DNA from: a virus
Lineage: Duplodnaviria > Caudoviricetes
Direction: 5' to 3' (one strand)
Virus record (IMG/VR): IMGVR_UViG_3300049988_000245
Location: 32,001 to 96,000 of that record
DNA: 64,000 nucleotides
The stretch's first letter is position 1. Every line of letters begins with the position of its first letter. The position numbers and the translations under genes were made by a program. The notes under the pieces were generated by a model. It ran no database searches. It saw nothing but the letters and a program-made list of their open reading frames with translations, and was not told the origin of the DNA. Shown in pieces: positions 54,917 through 63,763 of the stretch.

Positions 54917-55519
54917 TCAGGCTACCTGACGCTGTGCGTCCGGCGCTGGGAGCTTGCCCCGGTAGTGGTTGGCGATGCCGTAGGTGAGGAAAGCACCACC
55001 TGCGATGGCGAGGAACACCAGGGCGATCAGGATCGGGGCCATGCCGCTATCTTCCTTGTCGTCCGACTTGAAGAAGTCGGTGACCTTGTCGAAGGCGTCG
55101 CCGATACCCGAAGAGGCGTGGTAGATGTTCGAGCCCATCGCATAGGTGTTGTATGCGGTGGTCGCCATGTTGGCGAAGCTCTTCTCCCGGAACATCTCGA
55201 TCCACGAATGGATAGTGATGATCAGGCCGGTGCCGAGCGCAGGGACGATGATCGTCAGGTACCACATCCCCATGAGGGCGTTGTTGAACTTTGCCGACAT
55301 CGGGTGGACCAGATTCAGCACCACCGCTTCGAGGATGATGAGGAGCATCGAGAAGCCGATCGCCGACTGGATCGCGGCCGACCAGATGACGAGGAACATG
55401 AAGGGTCCGTGGGACTCACGCTCCGCCCAGGTCATGCCGACGACGCGGGCATTCATGAACGAGATGAAGGTGTTCCAGAGAACCAGAGCAACGGCGAACA
55501 AAATGTACCAACCAGACAT
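54917..55519 (-). CDS. multi-pass membrane protein
   Basis: Four or five hydrophobic segments. Confidence 0.6.
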   Translation of the reverse strand: MSGWYILFAVALVLWNTFISFMNARVVGMTWAERESHGPFMFLVIWSAAIQSAIGFSMLLIILEAVVLNLVHPMSAKFNNALMGMWYLTIIVPALGTGLIITIHSWIEMFREKSFANMATTAYNTYAMGSNIYHASSGIGDAFDKVTDFFKSDDKEDSGMAPILIALVFLAIAGGAFLTYGIANHYRGKLPAPDAQRQVA

Positions 55520-55596
55520 GGCTAAAATCCTTGTAGAGAGATGCCTATATTGTGTTTCATGAGGACCAAGCGGTCAATTAAAACCGCTTGGAATGA

Positions 55597-55854
55597 TTAA
55601 TGCTCACCCACCCAGCGCATCTTGAATTCGAATGTTTGTTCTGCATTGGGCATAGTAAACGTTCTGTGGTTGGAAACGTACCACCGAGTATCGTCATCGA
55701 TCGATGGCTCGCCAAACCTCTCCTGACACCACTCAGTGATCTCTTGAGTAAGTTTGTCGGCCTCGTTCACGTTCTGAAGACCGATTGGATCGACGAGGAA
55801 TAACCACCAACCGCTCAATGGGTCGAAACCACCCTCCTCGACGATGACTTTCAT
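55597..55854 (-). CDS. small-domain paralog family member
   Basis: ITEWCQERFG...FTMPNAEQTFEFKMRW. Confidence 0.7.
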   Translation of the reverse strand: MKVIVEEGGFDPLSGWWLFLVDPIGLQNVNEADKLTQEITEWCQERFGEPSIDDDTRWYVSNHRTFTMPNAEQTFEFKMRWVGEH

Positions 55855-56042
55855 CGGTTCAGCGCGATCCCGCCGAGGCAGATGGCTGAGGCCCATCCGC
55901 CGCCGCCCAGGATGACGAACCCACCGATCGTCTTGTAAGTATCGGAGGCGTTCAGGCCAGTGTGGATCATCCATCCACCGAGTCCCATTGCGGCTAGACC
56001 CAAGAGGCCAACCCCCAGGACCATGTATGCGAGTTTCTCCAT
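55851..56042 (-). CDS. small membrane protein
   Basis: Two TM segments. Confidence 0.5.
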   Translation of the reverse strand: MEKLAYMVLGVGLLGLAAMGLGGWMIHTGLNASDTYKTIGGFVILGGGGWASAICLGGIALNR

Positions 56043-56105
56043 CGCTTTTGCCTCAGGTTGGATGTGGTGATACGGGCGAGCTTACAAAAAGGGGTCTACG
56101 TAGTT

Positions 56106-56450
56106 TTAAGCGTAGGCGAACCCGAGCAGCAGCAATTCGTCTCGACGGATCGGCTTCGGTAGGCCATCCGCGATGATCACGGCAAGTTCGAACGGCATGA
56201 TCTCGATCGGGAAGTCTTTCTGCATACCGAAGTCGTCCCCGCCCCAAAGGGCGATCCGAACTGTGGTGAGATCACCACTGACGCCGCCGCCATGGATTTC
56301 ACCAACGAAGCAGCGAAGCTCGCCATTGGTGGTCGGATACCAGTCCTCGTTCGTCGGAGCGGTGAATTCGTAACGCTGAGGGATCACGCCGTTCATCCGG
56401 GTATTCCGGTACGGAGGATTCGGAGCGACCTTCGGTGCTTTGCGTCCCAT
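56106..56450 (-). CDS. hypothetical protein
   Basis: GGAG RBS; 114 aa. Confidence 0.45.
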   Translation of the reverse strand: MGRKAPKVAPNPPYRNTRMNGVIPQRYEFTAPTNEDWYPTTNGELRCFVGEIHGGGVSGDLTTVRIALWGGDDFGMQKDFPIEIMPFELAVIIADGLPKPIRRDELLLLGFAYA

Positions 56451-56582
56451 GAATCTCTCCTCAGCGCGAGTAGCGGCGACCGCGTTTGACCGAGCCGTCA
56501 GCGGTGGAGCGGATCGTCCATTCCTTGCCCTTGTCGTGGGTCTCGACAGTCAGCTTGACCTTGCCCCGCTGCTGATGTCATC

Positions 56583-56610
56583 AATATACATCAAAACGCG
56601 AGAGATACAA
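56583..56610 (-). promoter_or_regulatory. phage early-type promoter
   Basis: TTGTAT-N16-TATATT-GATGACATCAGC, near-identical to the 39322 site. Confidence 0.6.
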
Positions 56611-56703
56611 GAGTATAGAATCGATCTGGTTAACGCTCACCAAACCTCATCCGCAGGCCGATGCCGCGAAGCGTGATGAGTGGGGAAGCCATACGTGTCT
56701 CCG

Positions 56704-56967
56704 CTATCCGAAACAAAGTTTGAACGCGACCGCGTCTACCTCACGATAAAACAAGAGATCGACGGAATCTGAGAACTTAGGAGTGTACTTGTATAAAATG
56801 TTGTTTTCGTCCAGCCAAGCCTTAGCTTGGTCGCTGAGGCACGTCTGGACGTGATGACCGAGGACGCTTTTGGCGTTCCGAAGCGCACGATGATCCGAGG
56901 CGCCGTTTATGAACACCTTGACCAGACGAACACTCCCGTCCGGATTAAGAATCGGTGTGAGAATCAT
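56704..56967 (-). CDS. small-domain paralog family member
   Basis: AKAWLDENNI...LLFYREVDAVAFKLCFG. Confidence 0.65.
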   Translation of the reverse strand: MILTPILNPDGSVRLVKVFINGASDHRALRNAKSVLGHHVQTCLSDQAKAWLDENNILYKYTPKFSDSVDLLFYREVDAVAFKLCFG

Positions 56968-57239
56968 GATTCGGGGTCCGCAGGATAAACCTGCCAGTGC
57001 GTGCCGATGACGTAGTCCTTGTAGGGATTCGCCGTAACAGTCTTGAAGCCACCGAGGTAGTCGTAATTCTCCGACTCGTAGTCAACGGTAAGTTCGGATT
57101 CCCACACGCAGACGTGCCAGGATTTCTCCGGACTATGGTTGTTCAGGCTCTCCCATCCGGCGGTCCCGTAGACGAGGAGCTTGCGACCATCCCGTGGAGT
57201 GTTCTGGTCGATCGGGTAGGTGACGCCGGGGACAAACAT
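56964..57239 (-). CDS. hypothetical protein
   Basis: AAGGA RBS; coupled. Confidence 0.5.
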   Translation of the reverse strand: MFVPGVTYPIDQNTPRDGRKLLVYGTAGWESLNNHSPEKSWHVCVWESELTVDYESENYDYLGGFKTVTANPYKDYVIGTHWQVYPADPES

Positions 57240-57243
57240 TTCC

Positions 57244-57453
57244 TTAACCCTCGATGTCCGCTTTCAGCTTAGTCAGGCTAGAGAAGATTTCCCCGCCCTT
57301 TTTCTGTCCCTGCGGGATATACTGAAACCCCGCTTCGGTTCGCTGGATGACACCTGATTTTCGATCGTTCAAGTGCACCACGATCTGCGTATCGCTGATC
57401 CGCGTGTAGCGAATCGCGAGACCACCGCCGTACTTGATCTTTTCGTAAGACAT
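57244..57453 (-). CDS. hypothetical early protein
   Basis: GGGAGG RBS after an early promoter. Confidence 0.55.
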   Translation of the reverse strand: MSYEKIKYGGGLAIRYTRISDTQIVVHLNDRKSGVIQRTEAGFQYIPQGQKKGGEIFSSLTKLKADIEG

Positions 57454-57479
57454 GTGGGCCTCCCGTTCCGATGTGATCT

Positions 57480-57507
57480 AATATACATCGAATTAGGAGG
57501 ATGTCAA
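57480..57507 (-). promoter_or_regulatory. phage early-type promoter
   Basis: TTGACA-N16-TATATT. Confidence 0.65.
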
Positions 57508-57508
57508 C

Positions 57509-58531
57509 TTAGGTGACGACGACGCCCTGCGGACCGGCCTTCACACGGGTGCCGCCCTTCTGCTGGGCCGAGGTGGCGACGAACAGGGCAAGCTCCGGCA
57601 CGCGCGCGCGGATCATCGAGACCAGATCGTGCGACGGGTCAGGGTTTGCCGAGCCCGCACCCGCAGCGGGAGAGCGTCCGGTCACGACGCCGTCGATGTA
57701 CGCCTGGACTTCCTTCTGCTGCTCCGGGTTGAGACCCTTTAGCTGATTCCAGAGATCGAACTTCACGCCTGTGGCGGAATCCTGATACTGGCCGTTCTCG
57801 ACCGTCGCGGAAATCTGCGCCAGGGTGATTTTACCATCTGCGGTCTTCAGCGTGATGTTCTCGACGTACTTCGTCTCGGTGTGCTCGATCGTCCCTTCGA
57901 GGGAAATCTGCGTGAAGAAATCGCGACTCGACGAGACAGCGCCGCCCTGCTTGAACTCGTACTCGGAGATCGCCTTCAGCGCCGCCGCAGCCTTCTTCGC
58001 GGCCTCACCAAGCTCCGGGCTGAGCCCTTCGATCCCGGCGGTGGTCATGTCCACGTTGATTCCGCTTGCCTGTAGCTGCTGAATCACGTGGTCCATGTCG
58101 CCGTTGAACACCTGATCCATCTGCGAGGACGCCTGCTGGGCCGCCGCAGGGTTCGAAGCCAGACCCACCAGGGTGCCGACCATGCCGACGAGGATCGCGA
58201 TGAGCGCACGATTCTGCATGGCGATCTTGCCCACCTTGAGCACCTTTTGGAGCGTGCCTGAGACCTGGGGGTTTTCAGCGAACACGTTCAACGCTTTGTT
58301 CGTGGTCGCTGCGAGGAAGTCATACTGGATATCCCGGTACTTCTGCTGCGCTGCCTTGGCTGTCGCCTTGATCTTGTCCGCCAGCGGGCCTTCCATGAGC
58401 AGGCGAGAGCGGGCGCTTTCCCGTAGGGGGCGGAGAAGGGGGTTCGCGGCGTGGCATTCGAGGAAAAACGAGATCGTCTCGTCTTCGTTCTCGATCAGAT
58501 GCAGATAGGTACGAAACAGGGAAGCGGTCAT
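57509..58531 (-). CDS. putative packaged protein with hydrophobic hairpin
   Basis: TAAATA at 58536-41 (-); leader MTASLFRTYLHLIENE; ALIAILVGMVGTLVGLA segment. Confidence 0.5.
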   Translation of the reverse strand: MTASLFRTYLHLIENEDETISFFLECHAANPLLRPLRESARSRLLMEGPLADKIKATAKAAQQKYRDIQYDFLAATTNKALNVFAENPQVSGTLQKVLKVGKIAMQNRALIAILVGMVGTLVGLASNPAAAQQASSQMDQVFNGDMDHVIQQLQASGINVDMTTAGIEGLSPELGEAAKKAAAALKAISEYEFKQGGAVSSSRDFFTQISLEGTIEHTETKYVENITLKTADGKITLAQISATVENGQYQDSATGVKFDLWNQLKGLNPEQQKEVQAYIDGVVTGRSPAAGAGSANPDPSHDLVSMIRARVPELALFVATSAQQKGGTRVKAGPQGVVVT

Positions 58532-58600
58532 CCGATATTTATGTTCAAATGTCCGGACTAAATGGTATGCCCATTTCATTACACAGCATAGAGATTTGAA

Positions 58601-58831
58601 ATGGCTATTCCAGAATCCAATATCTACAAGATGGACATGAGCAGCCCGCTGAACGAGCCGTTCTATCACTACACCTACGGAGGACGCGGAATGCACGAGG
58701 GTCTGTTCGAGGGAGACCGTTACGTGATCGTGACGAAGATTACCGGACAGGACAACTACGTGTTCGCGAACATCAATACGGGTAGGTTAGTTTCAGGGGT
58801 GCACCCGCTCTCGCGCTTTGTTGCGATCTGA
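58601..58831 (+). CDS. hypothetical protein
   Basis: Short ORF with phage-like codon usage. Confidence 0.45.
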   Translation: MAIPESNIYKMDMSSPLNEPFYHYTYGGRGMHEGLFEGDRYVIVTKITGQDNYVFANINTGRLVSGVHPLSRFVAI

Positions 58832-59162
58832 TAAAATCGTCGGACGATTCCTCGCGTCCGACAACATGCCGGAGCTTGTCCCAAATCTCCTCGGTGAGGA
58901 CCATCGTCGTGCCATCGACGCGGTCGTAGAGTTCCGGGGCGATCTCGCAGAAAATCTCGACGAGAGGATTCCCGCGCATCCGGTCGATGGGGAGAAATCG
59001 ATTCTTCACCGCCCGGAACAGCATCTCGCCGGGATCGCGCTTGATTATCACGTGCGCGCGGAACGATATCGTCGTGCGAATCCGGTCTGCGCCGACGATT
59101 TGTCGGCCCTGACGATTCGGGATCAGCGCGATGATCTGAGGGGGCATGAATCCATGGTCCAA
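58773..59162 (-). CDS. hypothetical protein
   Basis: ORF downstream of the tmRNA. Confidence 0.45.
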   Translation of the reverse strand: MDHGFMPPQIIALIPNRQGRQIVGADRIRTTISFRAHVIIKRDPGEMLFRAVKNRFLPIDRMRGNPLVEIFCEIAPELYDRVDGTTMVLTEEIWDKLRHVVGREESSDDFIRSQQSARAGAPLKLTYPY

Positions 59163-59169
59163 ACATGGG

Positions 59170-59497
59170 TCCGGGGGCCGAAGCCCCCGGTTCTGTTTCT
59201 ACGGTTACCCTACCGCACGAAGATCACGCCGCGAGGCGGACTTCCATGGCAACGTTGTCGTTGACAGATATGTGTTTGAACAGTGCACGCAAACAGTTTC
59301 CTGCGTACGCAAGCCGTGTCTCAGCTTATGTCGCCTCGTGCTCCCCGAAGGAAGTCGATCTCTCTTGCCCCTTCACGCGCAATCGATCCCAAGTCGCCCC
59401 CATCAGGAGAACACTTCATGAAAGTGTGCTCATGGTGGAGGCGTGCGGATTCGAACCGCAGTGTTGCCGCGCTATCTCACAAGGTCTTCAACAGTGG
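59170..59497 (-). ncRNA. ssrA: two-piece (circularly permuted) tmRNA
   Basis: Acceptor piece ends UGCGG-UUCGAAU-CCGCA-CGCCUCC-A-CCA (59433); hairpin IVS 59402-59432; coding piece starts GGGGGCG (59401) with G3-U70; tag VNDNVAMEVRLAA* at 59265-59224. Confidence 0.92.
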
Positions 59498-59499
59498 GG

Positions 59500-59530
59500 T
59501 ATTTATAGCTGAGCGTCGGTGGAGTGTCAA
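59500..59530 (-). promoter_or_regulatory. tmRNA promoter (overlapping sigma70 and T4-late)
   Basis: TTGACA-N17-TATAAATA. Confidence 0.7.
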
Positions 59531-59563
59531 GAATGGTGGAGGCGGCGATATAATAAATAATAG

Positions 59564-60127
59564 ATGAAAACACCGCGTAGTATCTCCACCGTTTGTGCAA
59601 ATTGTTCCGTAGATTTTCTAAAAGCAAAAAAAGAGTACGATCGACAAATTCGGGAGGGAAGATCGTATTTCTTCTGTAGTCGATCTTGTAATACATCCCA
59701 CTCTAACAAGATGGCTTCACCGGAACGAGTGGAGGCAAGCCGTAAAAGGCTTACTCAGGCCCGCCTGGACGGTCTTATCCCGCCTCGAACAAGAGATGAG
59801 TCTTCTCCATATCGTTATTACATCAGAAAATCGAAATGTCGCGGTGTTGAAAGCAACCTCACAATATCCTACTTAAAATCTCTGTGGGAATATCAAGAAG
59901 GAAGATGCGTTTACTCGCACGTCGATTTGATACTTAATGAGTATGTTTCCACCAAGCGGCAGGATATACGATTCCTGGCCTCGTTGGACCGAATCGATTC
60001 GACCAAAGGCTACATCGAAGGAAACGTTCAATTCATTTCTGCTTGCATGAATTACGGCAAAAGCACTTTGACAGACTCGCAGTTTCGAGAGCTACTTGAA
60101 ATATTGAGGTCTTCAAACCGTAAGTAA
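59564..60127 (+). CDS. HNH-type homing endonuclease with N-terminal Zn ribbon
   Basis: CANC...CSRSC; ASLDRIDSTKGYIEGNVQFI; visibly AT-rich. Confidence 0.8.
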   Translation: MKTPRSISTVCANCSVDFLKAKKEYDRQIREGRSYFFCSRSCNTSHSNKMASPERVEASRKRLTQARLDGLIPPRTRDESSPYRYYIRKSKCRGVESNLTISYLKSLWEYQEGRCVYSHVDLILNEYVSTKRQDIRFLASLDRIDSTKGYIEGNVQFISACMNYGKSTLTDSQFRELLEILRSSNRK

Positions 60128-60139
60128 AGGATTTTCCGA

Positions 60140-60310
60140 ATACGGCCTCCTTTGGTCCAGGCAGACCTCTGGTAGGGTTTTCACACGTGCCTGCGCGCTA
60201 CTTATCTGCTGACCGCATCCGGGAAAGTCTCTGTTGTGCGCGCTTCGTATCACCCTCCCTGGTGACAGCAGCCTTGCGGTAGTCCCCCTGTGGGGTCCGG
60301 GCGCGGACAA
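60140..60310. ncRNA. candidate pseudoknotted structured RNA
   Basis: Several WC helices in crossing order within an ORF-poor interval. Confidence 0.3.
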
Positions 60311-60490
60311 CGATTCTGATATTAACCGAAACGTATCTTGAACTCAAATGCTAAGTTTGGGTGATCCAAGCGAAAGCTACGCCTTCGTACCGTAGCGGGC
60401 TACTCCTCGGATTCGATATGCTATCCGTCGCTTCTGCTGTCAAAAAACAAGGGATTAATCTTGATAGAAGGACTTGATTGATCGATTCAA

Positions 60491-62707
60491 GTGATTCATG
60501 ATATTGGTTGTACGAATCTGTCCAACCACGAGATGAGGCTTTTTATGATTCCGTTTCGTTACGCCATTGTTCTGAAGAATCTCACTAAGGCGCAGGTCGC
60601 AGCGCTTTGTATCCATGTCGCGGGTAAAAGATTGAATATGCCTCAGATTTTTAAGATCGCGTTTGATAACGATCTAATGTCGTTGATTGACGTTCGAGTC
60701 GGAGAAGAGCTTAATTCTCCGACTTGGAAGAACTCGTATCAAGGTTCTCTTGCAAACGAGGCCAAGCTTCCCAATTCGATAATTTCTCGATTTGAGAACG
60801 ATGGTCTCATGGAATATGACGTGACCGAGTATTTCGACATCGATTTGAAGAGAATTTTTGGTCCCAATTCATGGAAGGATTATGAGAACGCTTTGAACCG
60901 CGATCCGGAGATTCAAGAAGAAATACAGACTAAGTCGATGCATGTCGCAAAAATGGATTTCTTCATCAAAAATACTCTCGACACTGCGCCGGTTGGTGTG
61001 ATGTTTCGAGAGCTTGTGATGAACGGGATTGAGGCTCCCGCGCCTGAGAGCACTACAGAGAACTATCTCCGGAGAATCCGGATTATGAGCTACGACCACT
61101 TTGGCACACCGAAGGCTATGATCGTCAACAACGGGCGTGGACTAGACCGGTTCGAGATGGACCGGATGATGGCGCTTGCCTATTCCGGTGGAAAGGAAAT
61201 GGGTACCGAGGGTCGGTTGAATCGTGGTGAGGGCGCGAAAATCGCAGCAATGCGATTTAACAGGAACGGACTGGTATGGCAGTCCCGTAAGGGCGTAGGC
61301 CCGGTTTACCAGTGTGGTCTGATGTTCAATGAGGATACGGATTCCTACGGGCGCATCTTGGCTGAGAACGGACAAACCGTATGGCCTGCACCCGAAGACG
61401 ACGCAAACCCTTTTCCTTCTGGCGACTTTGTTCGTGTCATCCTTCTTGGAAATGATGCGAAGCAAGATACTGTTTCAAATCCGTATGGGCAGAGGGACTC
61501 GGCACATACGATCACGCGAGAAATCTGGAACCGCTGGTACAAGTATCCGTCCGTCAAAGACGGCTACCGCCTCATTGTAGAAACCTCCGACAAGGTGAAC
61601 AACCGGTCCGGAAAGGCTTTCCGCCGAGCCCTGTGCCAGCACGACTTTCATCAAAATGCCGCTGCGCACAATATCACCATCGATGTTGTCACCACTTCCG
61701 GAGACGTGAAGATCGAGTTCGTCCGCGCTGAACCCCTTAGCGAAACGTTCGGCAAGACCGCCTATAGTCGGGAGTCAACCGGCGAGAACGGTTCTCGCAT
61801 GGCAATCGTTTGGCGGAACGAGATGTACGACGTTCATGCTCCCGCCAAGTGGTACCTCGAAGCCTCATCATTTGGTTTGGGACCGCTGGCGGCATCTGTC
61901 GGCGTGTTTATCCATCTCCCAGACTCTTTTGACGCTAAGGATGACAGATTCCGGAGCACGCTGGAGTCGGGGGGGCATACCGTTGTGTGCAAAGACTTTC
62001 GCGAAGTCATCTTCAACGCGCGTCCGGAATGGATCAAGAAGGCTGTTGACAAGGCCCTGAAGCAGAAGTTTGATCTCAGCGACGTTAACCAATACCTTCA
62101 GGAGCTTGCAAATTCTCTTCGCCCTCAGGCTCCGGGCGCAGAGGATAATGTCATCGATCTTCGAACCAAGCGAGGCGGCAGCGGGGGTGGGGATTCGGCG
62201 GCTAAACGTCGTACCGGTCTTTTCTCAACGCGCGGGTCCGGTGCCAAGACGGGTACACCGATTGTGGCCCCTAGCGTTCACTGGTCTACGCCGTCCGAGG
62301 AGCCTAACCTGAAGGATCGCGGTGCCTACTTCAACCGGGCGACCAATGCACTCTTTTTGAACGAGAACTATGGCCCGATCAAATCGATCGGTAATCGTAT
62401 CGAGGGGCAAATCTACCCCCCTCGCATCCAGTTGACCGACGAAGGTGTCGTCGAGCTTCGTGAGCTTGCGAAGTACGAGATTTATCGACGGTTGGGAAAG
62501 GCTGTCGGCGAACTGGTGGTACGAGGAATCGCCAAGGCTGGCGAGCAGAACTGGACCGAGGAGCAGATCGATCAGAGTGTTGGTGCTGACGCTTTGACGA
62601 TCAACACTGAGACCAACCGTGATGCCGAAATCGTCGCGGCCATCAAGGCTTCTCCGCAGTACAAGCACATCATGACCAAGGTGTCTGCGGGGCAGGCAAC
62701 GGCATGA
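60491..62707 (+). CDS. GHKL (Hsp90/MORC-like) ATPase protein
   Basis: FRELVMNGIEA, NNGRGL, GEGAKIAA Bergerat-fold motifs; start uncertain. Confidence 0.7.
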   Translation: MIHDIGCTNLSNHEMRLFMIPFRYAIVLKNLTKAQVAALCIHVAGKRLNMPQIFKIAFDNDLMSLIDVRVGEELNSPTWKNSYQGSLANEAKLPNSIISRFENDGLMEYDVTEYFDIDLKRIFGPNSWKDYENALNRDPEIQEEIQTKSMHVAKMDFFIKNTLDTAPVGVMFRELVMNGIEAPAPESTTENYLRRIRIMSYDHFGTPKAMIVNNGRGLDRFEMDRMMALAYSGGKEMGTEGRLNRGEGAKIAAMRFNRNGLVWQSRKGVGPVYQCGLMFNEDTDSYGRILAENGQTVWPAPEDDANPFPSGDFVRVILLGNDAKQDTVSNPYGQRDSAHTITREIWNRWYKYPSVKDGYRLIVETSDKVNNRSGKAFRRALCQHDFHQNAAAHNITIDVVTTSGDVKIEFVRAEPLSETFGKTAYSRESTGENGSRMAIVWRNEMYDVHAPAKWYLEASSFGLGPLAASVGVFIHLPDSFDAKDDRFRSTLESGGHTVVCKDFREVIFNARPEWIKKAVDKALKQKFDLSDVNQYLQELANSLRPQAPGAEDNVIDLRTKRGGSGGGDSAAKRRTGLFSTRGSGAKTGTPIVAPSVHWSTPSEEPNLKDRGAYFNRATNALFLNENYGPIKSIGNRIEGQIYPPRIQLTDEGVVELRELAKYEIYRRLGKAVGELVVRGIAKAGEQNWTEEQIDQSVGADALTINTETNRDAEIVAAIKASPQYKHIMTKVSAGQATA

Positions 62708-63393
62708 CGGTCAGCGTAACCCTCAAACGGGAAGACGAGATTCGAATCGTTTCCCTACACGTCGAGGCTGAGTGGCCTCTGCGGAAAATCGCAGAGACTT
62801 ACAGCACCAGCAATCATCGCGTTAAACGCATCTTGGAGCGCCACGGCGCTCCAATTCGAACCGAAGGCTGGAAGTTGGAGCCACTTTCCGAAGAACGAAA
62901 GAAACAGATTAGTAGTCAACAAAAAGGGCTTCCTTGCTGGATGCGAGGAAGAAAAATGACCGATGAACATCTTCGAAAGATGATGGCAAGTAAGTTGAAA
63001 ACAAAACGGTCTTTATCAGAATATAAAGACCTCGAACGATTGAAAATCCTTACGGGTATAACGTCCAGGCATCGAAAGATGCTGAGCTTTACCGATGAAT
63101 CGCGATTCGCGTTCATTGACAAGTTCTATTTCGATGAAGCATTCAACGCAATATATGATGCTTGGTTAGTAAACGACAAAAATAAGTGGTGGTACCCTTC
63201 GATTGATCATAAAATCCCGAAATCGTTGGGAGGATGTTTCTCCCTCGACAATCTTCAATTCTTAACTTGGTTTGAGAATCGGGCAAAGGCTGATATCCCC
63301 CAGGATCAATGGGAGGAGCTTAAGAGATTCACGAACACAAAGTCGAACCTTTTCATAGAATCCATTCTTGAATCGCGGCGACGATCTAATTGA
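62704..63393 (+). CDS. HNH endonuclease with HTH/NUMOD3-like N-terminus
   Basis: PSIDHKIPKSLGG...NLQFLTWFENRAK. Confidence 0.75.
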   Translation: MTVSVTLKREDEIRIVSLHVEAEWPLRKIAETYSTSNHRVKRILERHGAPIRTEGWKLEPLSEERKKQISSQQKGLPCWMRGRKMTDEHLRKMMASKLKTKRSLSEYKDLERLKILTGITSRHRKMLSFTDESRFAFIDKFYFDEAFNAIYDAWLVNDKNKWWYPSIDHKIPKSLGGCFSLDNLQFLTWFENRAKADIPQDQWEELKRFTNTKSNLFIESILESRRRSN

Positions 63394-63763
63394 CGTAATC
63401 TCCGTCAGCGATACCTGACACTTCCATACGGGCGCGCCATCCTTCATCGAGCGGGCGCGCATCCGTATGAAGTCGGGCTTCCAGTGCATCGTTGTCCGAA
63501 TACACATGCAATACGATTGTATCATAAACCGTATACTTGGTATACCAGCTATCCGGTTTCGTATCGACAACGAATCGAATGAATTCCCAATGATATGGAA
63601 TCTCGCGGTGATCGAGATAGTTCACAAGGCGGTCTGATTCCTCCGCGTGATACCAGTAGGTAGCTCGGAGAGATCGAATCAGACATCCGTCATGGATGTG
63701 GCCGGGCGGGAACGGGTTGAAGTCGGTTCCAAATTCGTGCCAGAAAATCATGAAGCTACGCAC
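63386..63763 (-). CDS. hypothetical protein (divergent paralog-family member)
   Basis: LVNYLDHRE...HVYSDNDALEARLH. Confidence 0.45.
   Translation of the reverse strand: MRSFMIFWHEFGTDFNPFPPGHIHDGCLIRSLRATYWYHAEESDRLVNYLDHREIPYHWEFIRFVVDTKPDSWYTKYTVYDTIVLHVYSDNDALEARLHTDARPLDEGWRARMEVSGIADGDYVN

Noticed and set aside
60200-60300. RNase P RNA or group I intron core (GGAAAGTC, TGCTG/CAGCAG, TAGTCC)
   Set aside because: Matching CR-V or R/P3/P8 elements are missing, or the order and spacing are incompatible.
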